Shown here one piece after another: positions 1 to 10,519 of a DNA stretch of 32,000 nt (the stretch's first letter is position 1; each line of letters begins with the position of its first letter). This stretch comes from an uncultured Chitinophagaceae bacterium (lineage in GTDB: Bacteria; Bacteroidota; Bacteroidia; Chitinophagales; Chitinophagaceae). Made by a program: the position numbers and the translations under genes. The notes below the pieces were generated by a model, which was not told where the DNA came from, searched no databases, and was given only the letters and a program-made list of their open reading frames with translations. The stretch spans positions 33,676-65,675 of the forward strand of contig CAWJTH010000039.1 in the NCBI GenBank assembly GCA_963845495.1, written 5' to 3'.

Positions 1-201
1 AAAAACATCATCTGCATTAACCGAACTATCAAATGATTGTGGTTCAATAATTTTTTCAACTAATTTGTTATGTACCGCTTTTATATGCCTTCTTGCATAA
101 ACAGTAACCTCATCGTAGGCATCATCTTGCAATAGAAGTTTTAATAGGTATCTTCCTACTAAGCTGGACGCACCTAACACTAATGCCTTTTTTTTAGCCA
201 T
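1..201 (-). CDS. NAD(P)-binding Rossmann-fold protein (atypical SDR / NAD(P)H-binding type). Only the first 67 codons are present; the gene runs off the left edge.
   Basis: Hand translation of the reverse strand from the ATG at 201-199 gives MAKKKALVLGASSLVGRYLLKLLLQDDAYDEVTVYARRHIKAVHNKLVEKIIEPQSF... A glycine-rich dinucleotide-binding loop (GASSLVG) follows the start directly. The frame stays open to base 1. It is absent from the ORF track because the window truncates it. Confidence 0.55.
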   Translation of the reverse strand, partial: MAKKKALVLGASSLVGRYLLKLLLQDDAYDEVTVYARRHIKAVHNKLVEKIIEPQSFDSSVNADDVF

Positions 202-430
202 ATTAGATTTAGTTGATACAATTATGAAAACAAACCAAGCGAATTAAATTAAAAAATTCAAATAATGATCAATATTTTTTTTGATTGCCAAAATATTTTC
301 AATAAAAAAGTATTTAATTTCTATTAATCTAAAAATAATTTAATATAGCAATACATTGTTCAACCATCTTGAAATCGAAAAATTACTGTCAACTTTGTAA
401 TACGGTATCGCTGTATTTTTACCGCATTAC

Positions 431-1468
431 ATGCAAAATCAAAACCTACATACCGATAAAGAGAACCTTTCTTCTGCCGATAAGGAATTTGAAAACAATA
501 TTAGGCCGCAACAAATTGCAGAATTTTCCGGACAACCGCAGTTGATTGAAAACTTGGTAATTTTTATACGTGCCGCAAAACTGCGTGGCGAAGCGCTGGA
601 TCATGTACTTTTCCATGGCCCGCCAGGGCTTGGCAAAACCACGTTGAGCCGCATTGTGGCCAATGAGTTAGGTGTAAAAATTAAGGAAACCAGCGGCCCG
701 GTTATTGAAAAACCGGGCGATTTGGCTGGTCTTCTTACCGCTTTGGAGCCCAATGATGTATTGTTTATTGATGAAATACATCGATTAAGCAATGTGGTGG
801 AAGAATATTTGTATGCGGCCATGGAAGATTACCGTATTGATATTATGATTGACAGTGGCCCCAACGCCCGCAGTATCCAAATTAATTTAAACCAATTTAC
901 CCTTATTGGCGCTACCACGCGAAGCGGTTTATTAACGGCACCTTTGTTAAGCCGTTTTGGCATAAAAAGCAGGCTGGAATATTACAATGCCGAAACCTTG
1001 AAAAAAATTATTTTACGGGCCGCCGATATTTTAAAAACCAAAATTAGTGTAGATGCAGCCGGTGAAATCAGCCGGCGTAGCCGTGGCACACCACGTATTG
1101 CCAATGGCTTGTTGCGGCGCGTCAGGGATTTTGCACAAGTATTGAACGACGGCATTATTGACATTGGCATTACCCAACATGCCTTAAAAGCCCTGAATGT
1201 GGACGAACATGGGTTGGACGAAATGGACAACCGTATTTTGACGGCAATTATCGATAAATTTAAAGGCGGCCCCGTTGGATTAACAACTATTGCAACTGCA
1301 GTGGGTGAAGAAGCCGGTACTTTGGAAGAAGTGTACGAACCCTTTTTAATACAAGAAGGCTTTTTACAGCGTACGCCCCGCGGCCGCGAAGTAACAGCAA
1401 AAGCCTATGACCATCTTGGCAAAAAAAAGCCAGGAACAGGAGGTATCGGTTTTTTGTTTGAAGGATGA
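431..1468 (+). CDS. ruvB: Holliday junction branch-migration DNA helicase RuvB
   Basis: 345 aa. Walker [10 protein letters not shown], Walker [10 protein letters not shown], sensor region [37 protein letters not shown] and a C-terminal winged-helix part ([10 protein letters not shown]...[15 protein letters not shown]). These are typical RuvB features. Confidence 0.95.
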   Translation: MQNQNLHTDKENLSSADKEFENNIRPQQIAEFSGQPQLIENLVIFIRAAKLRGEALDHVLFHGPPGLGKTTLSRIVANELGVKIKETSGPVIEKPGDLAGLLTALEPNDVLFIDEIHRLSNVVEEYLYAAMEDYRIDIMIDSGPNARSIQINLNQFTLIGATTRSGLLTAPLLSRFGIKSRLEYYNAETLKKIILRAADILKTKISVDAAGEISRRSRGTPRIANGLLRRVRDFAQVLNDGIIDIGITQHALKALNVDEHGLDEMDNRILTAIIDKFKGGPVGLTTIATAVGEEAGTLEEVYEPFLIQEGFLQRTPRGREVTAKAYDHLGKKKPGTGGIGFLFEG

Positions 1469-1480
1469 AAACAAGCAATT

Positions 1481-1578
1481 AGCTGTGAGCTATGAGCTAT
1501 GAGCAAAGCGCCTTTTTTACACAATATAAACCTTGAAAAAAGTTCAAAAAGCTCAAAGCTACCAGCTAAAAGCTCATG
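1481..1578. repeat. Heptamer-periodic inverted-arm element A
   Basis: The left arm is agctgtg|agctatg|agctatg|agc (1481-1504). The right arm is gctcaaa|gctacca|gctaaaa|gctcatg (1551-1578). The AGCT core recurs every 7 nt in both arms. The arms are imperfect reverse complements around a 46-nt AT-rich core. Confidence 0.6.
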
Positions 1579-1678
1579 GTTAAAACGCTTTAATAGTTTG
1601 CAAAATTTATTTTCACAAAACCTTCATAAAAACCCTCTTTTTCAACGTATTTGAATTGGCAAAAAGGCTTCTTTTTGT

Positions 1679-1686
1679 TATATTTG
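1679..1686 (+). promoter_or_regulatory. Candidate Bacteroidota -7 promoter box (TATATTTG, consensus TAnnTTTG) upstream of gyrB
   Basis: Exact match to TAnnTTTG about 100 nt upstream of the gyrB ATG, with TTG motifs 20-25 nt further upstream (1650-1658). This is a motif match only. Confidence 0.35.
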
Positions 1687-1727
1687 CAGACTTTGCAAGA
1701 TTGCAGGGAATTAAAATTTGGAACTGA

Positions 1728-3761
<2,034 letters not shown>

Positions 3762-3820
3762 TTAATTGAATGCAAGGGACAAACCTCGATGTTTCAACTG
3801 ATTTTTTATAACCCAACTAA

Positions 3821-3850
3821 AAGGTTCCAATTATTTGGAGCCTTTTTTGT
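3821..3850 (+). terminator. Rho-independent terminator after gyrB
   Basis: aaggttcc (3821-3828) pairs with ggagcctt (3837-3844): 8 bp including one G-U pair. A T-run ttttgttt follows. Confidence 0.6.
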
Positions 3851-4232
3851 TTCGTAATTAATCGCCTATCACTTTCAATTAAATAAAAAGAATGAGCGCT
3901 TTTATTGCTTTATCTAAAGGGCTGTTTAAGATTTAAATCCTAAAATTTATTTACAAGAAGGGTTTATCAGCAAGTAAATAAGTTCTAAATACCTGGTTAT
4001 AAATTAATTTTCGATTTGAATTATTCGCATAAAAAAGGGAGATAAAACTAATTATCGATGGTTTTAGATAAAAAAATGCATTACTAGCCATTAATATTGT
4101 AAATTTTTACCCTTAACTGCAAGATTTATCCACACTTGAGTTTTATGTGAAAAGGTTTTCCTTACCTTTCACTTTCTAGGGCGGCAATGTTCGATTGCCG
4201 TCGTTCTCAAAATAAAAAATAAACAAAACAAC

Positions 4233-4511
4233 ATGGAAAAGAAAAAGGCTGATTCAGAAAAAAAGGCGCCTGCTGAAAAAAAGAAGGCGACCGAAAAAAC
4301 AACAGTTGACACCGACAAAATGATTAAAGCTTACTGCCTAAAAACAAAGGAAAAAAATGTTCCGATGCATGATGCGGTAGTAACCAAAACTGCAAAAGGA
4401 GGCTACATGGCTACCGGCAACGACGGTAAAGGCAACAAAATGGCCGCCATTATGGGTGAAGCAAAAGCATTGCAGGCTATTAAAGATGGTGTTGCAACCA
4501 AAGGTTTTTAA
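4233..4511 (+). CDS. Small lysine-rich protein of unknown function (K/E/A-rich N-terminal tail plus a compact C-terminal domain)
   Basis: 92 aa, starting MEKKKADSEKKAPAEKKKATEKTT..., followed by KAYCLKTKEKNVPMHDAVVTKTAKGGYMATGNDGKGNKMAAIMGEAKALQAIKDG. It sits alone between long non-coding regions and is followed by a strong terminator. A 9-bp hairpin (4180-4202) lies in the likely 5' leader. Confidence 0.6.
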   Translation: MEKKKADSEKKAPAEKKKATEKTTVDTDKMIKAYCLKTKEKNVPMHDAVVTKTAKGGYMATGNDGKGNKMAAIMGEAKALQAIKDGVATKGF

Positions 4512-4530
4512 GTTTTTTCTTGCCATTAAA

Positions 4531-4569
4531 AAAAGCCTCCGCAATAATTAAATATTACGGAGGCTTTTT
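4531..4569. terminator. Bidirectional rho-independent terminator between convergent genes
   Basis: aaaagcctccg (4531-4541) pairs with cggaggctttt (4558-4568). A/T runs flank both sides. Confidence 0.7.
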
Positions 4570-4627
4570 AATACCACCCTATTTTACAATTGAAATTATT
4601 GTGATTTAATCCAACCGTTTCAATTTA

Positions 4628-5452
4628 TTAAACTACACCAAATGGCTTTACAATAGCCAATACTGCCGCTGCTGTTAATGGTTCGTCAAATGCTTCGCTA
4701 GCATTTGCAGCCGAAATACTAGTGCCATTAATATTGGTAATGGTAAAACCAGCTTGTGTTACATTGTCTTCACCAGCATAACTTGCGGCTACACCGGCTA
4801 CGGTTGGAACCGCATTGGTAATCCAAGATTTAATGGTTGCATCACCCGTTGCTTTGCGACGAATAGTACGGATATGCGAAGCATGTCTTGCTTCAACTGA
4901 ATGGATATTTAATGCCGCTGTTAAATAGGCACCACCTTTTACAATTTCCGCAGCACGGCCCTTATATGCACGAACACCGGTATCTTCAAACGTTTGTGCT
5001 ACTGCCAAAAATGTGGCATAATTGGTCATTACATCAGAAAAAGTGCCACCTGCCGTAAAATCAAATGTAGGAACGGCTGGGATGGTTGCCCCAAGTGTAG
5101 TAAGTGTCGACTTTAAAAATGCTACGTGTGCATTTTCATGATCGCGGATAGTTGTTATCGCGGCCACATCTCCAGAGGCAATTAATCCCGATTTTGCTAC
5201 GCCTGCGGTATAAAATGCAGCTTCTAAATATTCAAGTTTCAATGCGTAAGTCAACACATCGATAGTTACAGAACTGGTTGGTTGGCCATAAGCTTTTGAT
5301 AACATGGAACCCAACGCAAATGGCACAGCAGCCAACGCAATCCTACCCCCAATTTTGCTAAACTGTTGCATAGCTTGGCGGCGGGTATCCAAACGGCCGT
5401 ATATTTCTGGATCTACATTTTCCAGCTCGTTGAAAATATTTTGTAAGTTCAT
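4628..5452 (-). CDS. Ferritin-like domain protein (Ferritin_2 / desiccation-protein type) with a twin-arginine-like signal
   Basis: 274 aa. N-terminal TRRQAMQQFSKIGGRIALAAVPFALG resembles a Tat signal. YALKLEYLEAAFYT and HSVEARHASHIR resemble di-iron ferritin-like helices. It is a paralogue of the adjacent gene. Confidence 0.8.
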   Translation of the reverse strand: MNLQNIFNELENVDPEIYGRLDTRRQAMQQFSKIGGRIALAAVPFALGSMLSKAYGQPTSSVTIDVLTYALKLEYLEAAFYTAGVAKSGLIASGDVAAITTIRDHENAHVAFLKSTLTTLGATIPAVPTFDFTAGGTFSDVMTNYATFLAVAQTFEDTGVRAYKGRAAEIVKGGAYLTAALNIHSVEARHASHIRTIRRKATGDATIKSWITNAVPTVAGVAASYAGEDNVTQAGFTITNINGTSISAANASEAFDEPLTAAAVLAIVKPFGVV

Positions 5453-5464
5453 AATTTAAAGATT

Positions 5465-6169
5465 TTAAGAAGGTAATTGACTTGCGTCGATTTTAGTTGT
5501 TACATAAGCGCCTGCTATGCTTAACACCTGCGTAGGTGTACGGCTCATTTCCAATCCATTTGATGCGGCTACAACATCAGTTCCTGCAAAACTGTTATAG
5601 GTAATCAGGTCGCGGATATAAGCCGCATGCCTAGCTTCAACCGATACAATTTTACCTGCTAAAACCAAATAATCAGCAGTTGTGATTAAGCTACCAGCAC
5701 CATTATAAGCCGAAACACCAAGATCTTCAAAAGCCATGGCTGTACCTAAAACCGAAGTGCGACTAGTAAAATCAATAGTAGAAAAATTTACGGTCAAACC
5801 TGCTATGGCACTTGATCCTAGCGCATTTTTAAAGAACTCACGGTGAGCAATTTCGTGGTTCATTATGTCTGTAAGGCCACTTTTTTCATCGGTGGTCATG
5901 CCTGAATAAGGAGTTGCAATAACTTGGGTATAAAAGGCAGCTTCTAATTGCTCAAGTGCATAAGCATAATTTAAAATGCCAATATCTCCGCTTCCTAAAC
6001 TTACACTTGTGGTAGTTGAACTTCCTGAGTCACTTTTATGACATGCAGCAGCTATTGAAACAAAGGCGGCAGAAGCGCCGAAAATTTTAAATAATTTTCT
6101 TCTTTGCTGACCAACTACTGACAACTGATCAGTGCCGGTTACTGGTGGGGAAAATGTTTCTTTTTCCAT
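5465..6169 (-). CDS. Ferritin-like domain protein, probable Tat-exported lipoprotein
   Basis: 234 aa. QRRKLFKIFGASAAFVSIAAAC combines an RR motif, a hydrophobic stretch and a lipobox-like Cys. YAYALEQLEAAFYT and VSVEARHAAYIR match the paralogue at 4628-5452. Confidence 0.8.
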   Translation of the reverse strand: MEKETFSPPVTGTDQLSVVGQQRRKLFKIFGASAAFVSIAAACHKSDSGSSTTTSVSLGSGDIGILNYAYALEQLEAAFYTQVIATPYSGMTTDEKSGLTDIMNHEIAHREFFKNALGSSAIAGLTVNFSTIDFTSRTSVLGTAMAFEDLGVSAYNGAGSLITTADYLVLAGKIVSVEARHAAYIRDLITYNSFAGTDVVAASNGLEMSRTPTQVLSIAGAYVTTKIDASQLPS

Positions 6170-6615
6170 AAAATAAAATGTTTACTTGTGAATAATAGTG
6201 AATAAAAAAATTCTTATTTGTAAACACCTACGGAAGAAAAGGAGGAAAAGGTTTTAAAAAAAAATAAAAAAACATTTATTCTTTTTATTGTTAATTGGCA
6301 CGGAATTTTAAAGTAATTGTGGTTTTGTAATAAATGGGGAATTTATTATCATTAAAATAGTTTTTATACTATTTAATTTTAACAAATAAGAATTAGATTA
6401 TTTATTTGACACTATGTTGGTAAAAGCTAACAAATAATGTTATTCCATAAATTTTATCGATATTAAAAAATTAAAATGTCTTTTTTATTTTTTAGATTAA
6501 AAAAATAAAAAATACCAAGTGTTTATTAAATAGCGTACAACTAATTAATTTAAGTTAGTTATGTGCTTAAAATAACGTTCAAAATAAAATCTGAAAATCG
6601 AATTTATCATATTAA

Positions 6616-6773
6616 ACACATAGGCACATAGGTTTGGGTTAAATATTTATTTTTGCTTACGGATGAAGTTTCAAACATAGGAAATACTAGATGGGAAGCT
6701 TCGCTTCCTACTATGCCACCTTGCAAACAGCCGTTTAAAATGGCCTGTCAAATTATCCTATGTTGCTATGTGT
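6616..6773. repeat. 17-bp imperfect inverted repeats flanking a 124-bp core inside a 766-bp AT-rich spacer
   Basis: acacataggcacatagg (6616-6632) matches the reverse complement of cctatgttgctatgtgt (6757-6773) at 15 of 17 positions. The catagg unit repeats with 8-nt spacing, and a third catagg lies at 6676-6681. An internal hairpin ggaag-cttcg-cttcc lies at 6694-6708. Confidence 0.45.
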
Positions 6774-6935
6774 TAAAAAAATATTGCATACTTATACAAT
6801 TCCAAAATAACAATTTGGGTTAATTAATGAAAACATAAAATAAAGTAAAACTAATATTGATATTAAATTTCGTACTTATATCTAAAATACAAAACTGAGG
6901 TAGAAATAATTTATTATACCTTAAGAATAAATTTA

Positions 6936-9900
6936 TTAATTCGCAATTCCAGATTGTTTTACAAATTTAATCATCCTAGTTAAAAATAAATAAATAGCAT
7001 TCATGTTATTCATTTTTTCGATAATTAAAATCCCATTTTTACCAACCTGTTTTAATTTAGCGTTATTTACTTGTGTATTTATAAATTGCAATAATTTATT
7101 AAAAGTTTCACTTTGAAAATAGGGTGATTCGGGGTTGCTTACAAAGAAGCATTTTAATTGCGAATTACGCAACATCATTTTCTCGAAACCTAGTTCCACA
7201 GCCATTTTGCGGCACCTTACGGTAATAAATAAATCTTCTACTTCGGGTGGCATTTTACCAAACCTGTCCACCATTTCATCATGAAAATTATCTAATTCTA
7301 CATCGCTATCACAATTATCTAAACGGGTATATAAACTTAAACGTTCAGTAATATTTTCTACATAACTATCCGGAATTAATATTTCCAAATCGGTATCAAT
7401 AGAACAATCTTTTACAAAATCATCTTGCTGCTGAATTTCTTCTTTAAATAAATCTTTAAATTGTTTACGCTTTAAATCTTTAATGGCTTCATCCAATATT
7501 TTTTGGTACATCTCGAAACCAATTTCAGCAATAAATCCGCTTTGTTCGCCGCCCAATAAATTACCGGCACCACGAATATCTAAATCTCGCATCGCAATTT
7601 GGAAACCACTTCCCAAGTCGCTAAATTGTTCCAATGTGCTTAATCTTTTTCTGCTATCGGCAGGTAAAGTACTTAATGGCGGTGCCAATAAATAACAAAA
7701 TGCCTTTCTGTTGCTTCGGCCAACACGGCCACGCAATTGGTGCAAATCACTCAACCCAAATTGATGTGCATTGTTAATAATAATGGTGTTTACATTGGGG
7801 ATATCGACACCACTTTCTACAATGTTGGTACAAACCAAAACATCGTATTTTTTATCCATAAAATCGAGGATGGTATCTTCCAGTTTATCGCCTTCCATTT
7901 GACCGTGGGCGAAAGCAATAGAAAGGTCAGGACATAAGCCTTGTATCAATCCTGTCATTTCGCGAAGACCGTTTACACGGTTGTGAATAAAGAAAACCTG
8001 GCCGCCACGTTCGGCTTCAAAATAAATGGCGTCGCGGATAAATTCTTGGTTAAAAACCTGCACTTCGGTTTGCACGGGTTGCCTGTTTGGCGGCGGCGTA
8101 TTAATGATGCTTAAATCTCTTGCTCCCATCAAACTAAATTGCAAAGTGCGTGGAATTGGCGTGGCGGTTAATGTGAGCGAATCGACCGTGGTACGCAAAA
8201 CTTTTAATTTCTCTTTTGCGGCCACACCAAATTTCTGCTCTTCATCAATTACCATTAATCCCAAATCCTTAAACTTTACATCTTTACCCAAAATAGAATG
8301 TGTGCCAATTAAAATATCAACCGCTCCGCTTTCTACTTTTTTTAATGTTTCCTTTTTCTCTTTGGATGATTTAAAACGATTGATAAAATCTACTGTAACG
8401 GGAAAATCTTTCAGCCGGTCGCTAAAGTTTTTATAATGCTGATAAGCCAAAATGGTAGTCGGAACCAATATGGCGGCTTGCTTTCCATCAACACAAGTTT
8501 TGAAAGCAGCACGAATGGCCACTTCCGTTTTGCCAAAGCCCACATCGCCACAAACTAGGCGGTCCATTGGACTGTCTTTTTCCATGTCTTTCTTTACATC
8601 AGCCGCTGCTTTGGCTTGGTCGGGCGTGTCTTCGTAAATAAAACTGGCTTCCAATTCCATTTGCATGTAATTATCCGGACTATGCTGAAACCCTTTCTGG
8701 GCCTTGCGTTCAGCGTATAGCTTTATTAAATCTTCGGCAATATCTTTAATTTGTTTGGTCGTCTTTTCTTTCAACTTGCTCCAAACTTCGCTGCCCAATT
8801 TGTTCATTTTGGGCACGCTTCCCTCCTTGCCAGTATATTTTGAAATTTTGTGCAGCGATGACAAATTCACGTACAACAAATCATTGTCTTTGTAGCGTAG
8901 GCGAACTGCTTCTTGCATTTTTCCACCCACTTCTACCTTTTGTAGACCACTAAAAATACCAACACCATGGTCGATATGCGTTACATAATCGCCAACCGTT
9001 AAATCGCGAAGCGTTTTTAAAGTAAGCGCTTTATTCTTACTAAAAGCTTGTTTAACGCGGTATTTGTGGTATCGCTGAAATATTTGGTGGTCGGTATAAC
9101 AAACGGCTTTTACATCCAAATCAATAAAGCCGCCGTGGATGGCAATCGGAACAGGAACAAAGTTAATTTCCGTGTTCAAATCCCGAAAGATGGAATACAA
9201 ACGCTCCAATTGCCGGGCTTGGTCGCTAAATAAGTAAATGGTAAAATTTTGGTTTTCCCAGTTTTTTAGATCGGCAATCAGCAAATTAAAATTGCGGTTG
9301 AAACTTGGTTGTGGTTTTGTGTTGAAACCGACCACGGACCATTGACGACGGACCCCAGTTGCATCGTCGTCTGTCGTCCGTCGTCCGTCGTCGTGCTTGT
9401 TAAAATGTAATGTATGCCTTTGAAAAACCTGCCTTCCTATTTCTTTCGGCTTTACAAAATCATCCCAAAGCACTTCATGTTTCGATAAAATTTCTTCGCC
9501 TTCCTCATCTGTTTTTACTTGCGCCTTGCTTCTTGATTCTTGTACCTTGTTTTCTTCTTGCAAAGCCATAAAAATCGATACATTATCTTCCTCAGCCTCT
9601 AAAATTTCTTTTACAAACTGCCAATCGTTAAACCAAATTACCGTGTTGTCGGGCAAAAAATCCATCAATGAAACCTTTTCGCCGCTTACAAATTGGGTAT
9701 CAACATTTGGGATGATGTTTACACTAAGCAAACGTTTTTCACTTAGTTGCGTTTCGGGGTCAAACAAGCGAATGCTATCCACTTCGTTGCCAAATAATTC
9801 TACCCGATATGGTTTTTCGTTGCCAAACGAATAGATATCCAAAATACCGCCGCGTAAAGCAAATTGGCCGGGCTCGTACACAAAGTCCGACCGAGTGAAA

Positions 9901-10418
9901 CCCAGCATCACAAACAGTTCCAGCAATCCGTTTACATCAATTGTTTCGGCTTGTTTAATGGAAATAGTATTGGCCGATAATTCTTTTGCCACCACTACTT
10001 TTTCAAATAAAGCCTCGGGATAGGTTATAATTAAATTATGGTTCGGCGAAGCCGCCAATTTGGTTAAACCTTCCGTTCGCAGCATTACGTGGCTGCTATT
10101 TAAAATGCGGTAATTTTTTTTGTTTTTGAAGGAAGACGGAAAATAAAAAAGATTCAATGCATTTTCCGTTAATGCTTCCAAAGTATTGTGGAAATAAGCG
10201 GCTTCTTCTTGGTCGTTCATTACAACCAAATGCGTTAATTGCGAAGCACTTTTGTGTTGAAACAAAGCATTTACAATCCACTCTTTGCTGCTTCCATTTA
10301 ATCCGTCCAAAAAAATCTGTTCGGGTTTGGCAAAAGAAAGCTTGTCCGCCAATTGAAAAATGCGGGGGTCTTTTAAATACAGTTCCTTCAGCGTATCAAG
10401 ATTCATTCGAGCCTGCAA
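6936..10418 (-). CDS. mfd: Transcription-repair coupling factor Mfd
   Basis: 1160 aa. CarD/RID-like GDYVTHIDHGVGIF; SF2 helicase motifs GDVGFGKTEVA, VIDEEQKFGV, LTATPIPRTL and LRGRVGRS; TRCF C-terminal domain. The track start is a TTG. The ATG at 10406 (MNLDTLKELY...) is the more likely start. Confidence 0.95.
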   Translation of the reverse strand: MQARMNLDTLKELYLKDPRIFQLADKLSFAKPEQIFLDGLNGSSKEWIVNALFQHKSASQLTHLVVMNDQEEAAYFHNTLEALTENALNLFYFPSSFKNKKNYRILNSSHVMLRTEGLTKLAASPNHNLIITYPEALFEKVVVAKELSANTISIKQAETIDVNGLLELFVMLGFTRSDFVYEPGQFALRGGILDIYSFGNEKPYRVELFGNEVDSIRLFDPETQLSEKRLLSVNIIPNVDTQFVSGEKVSLMDFLPDNTVIWFNDWQFVKEILEAEEDNVSIFMALQEENKVQESRSKAQVKTDEEGEEILSKHEVLWDDFVKPKEIGRQVFQRHTLHFNKHDDGRRTTDDDATGVRRQWSVVGFNTKPQPSFNRNFNLLIADLKNWENQNFTIYLFSDQARQLERLYSIFRDLNTEINFVPVPIAIHGGFIDLDVKAVCYTDHQIFQRYHKYRVKQAFSKNKALTLKTLRDLTVGDYVTHIDHGVGIFSGLQKVEVGGKMQEAVRLRYKDNDLLYVNLSSLHKISKYTGKEGSVPKMNKLGSEVWSKLKEKTTKQIKDIAEDLIKLYAERKAQKGFQHSPDNYMQMELEASFIYEDTPDQAKAAADVKKDMEKDSPMDRLVCGDVGFGKTEVAIRAAFKTCVDGKQAAILVPTTILAYQHYKNFSDRLKDFPVTVDFINRFKSSKEKKETLKKVESGAVDILIGTHSILGKDVKFKDLGLMVIDEEQKFGVAAKEKLKVLRTTVDSLTLTATPIPRTLQFSLMGARDLSIINTPPPNRQPVQTEVQVFNQEFIRDAIYFEAERGGQVFFIHNRVNGLREMTGLIQGLCPDLSIAFAHGQMEGDKLEDTILDFMDKKYDVLVCTNIVESGVDIPNVNTIIINNAHQFGLSDLHQLRGRVGRSNRKAFCYLLAPPLSTLPADSRKRLSTLEQFSDLGSGFQIAMRDLDIRGAGNLLGGEQSGFIAEIGFEMYQKILDEAIKDLKRKQFKDLFKEEIQQQDDFVKDCSIDTDLEILIPDSYVENITERLSLYTRLDNCDSDVELDNFHDEMVDRFGKMPPEVEDLFITVRCRKMAVELGFEKMMLRNSQLKCFFVSNPESPYFQSETFNKLLQFINTQVNNAKLKQVGKNGILIIEKMNNMNAIYLFLTRMIKFVKQSGIAN
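9330..9393. repeat. Heptamer-periodic inverted-arm element embedded in frame in mfd
   Basis: Arm 1 is gaccacg|gaccatt|gacgacg|gacccca (9330-9357). Arm 2 is gtcgtct|gtcgtcc|gtcgtcc|gtcgtcg (9366-9393). gacgacggac and gtccgtcgtc are exact complements. On the coding strand this region encodes HDDGRRTTDDDATGVRRQWSVVG. Confidence 0.6.
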
Positions 10419-10423
10419 ATATA
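10416..10423 (-). promoter_or_regulatory. Candidate -7 promoter box (TATATTTG on the minus strand) immediately upstream of mfd
   Basis: The plus strand reads caaatata, which is the reverse complement of TATATTTG. Its downstream edge lies 9 nt upstream of the ATG at 10406, implying a very short or absent leader. Motif match only. Confidence 0.35.
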
Positions 10424-10460
10424 GTTTACAGATAGCAATGACGGGCTTTCGTTGCGTTAA

Positions 10461-10488
10461 ATAAAAATGTCCGGATTTTACCGGACAT
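10461..10488 (-). terminator. Rho-independent terminator of the small ORF at 10520-10642
   Basis: atgtccgg (10467-10474) pairs with ccggacat (10481-10488) around a 6-nt loop. On the minus strand the hairpin is followed by ttttat. Confidence 0.7.
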
Positions 10489-10519
10489 CTTTACTAATTT
10501 TAGGCAAGCAGTAAATTAT

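Noticed and set aside
4180-4202. The hairpin upstream of the lysine-rich gene as a riboswitch or attenuator
   Set aside because: It is a simple 9-bp stem with a 5-nt loop, with no flanking conserved structure or T-run. That is not enough to call a regulatory RNA.
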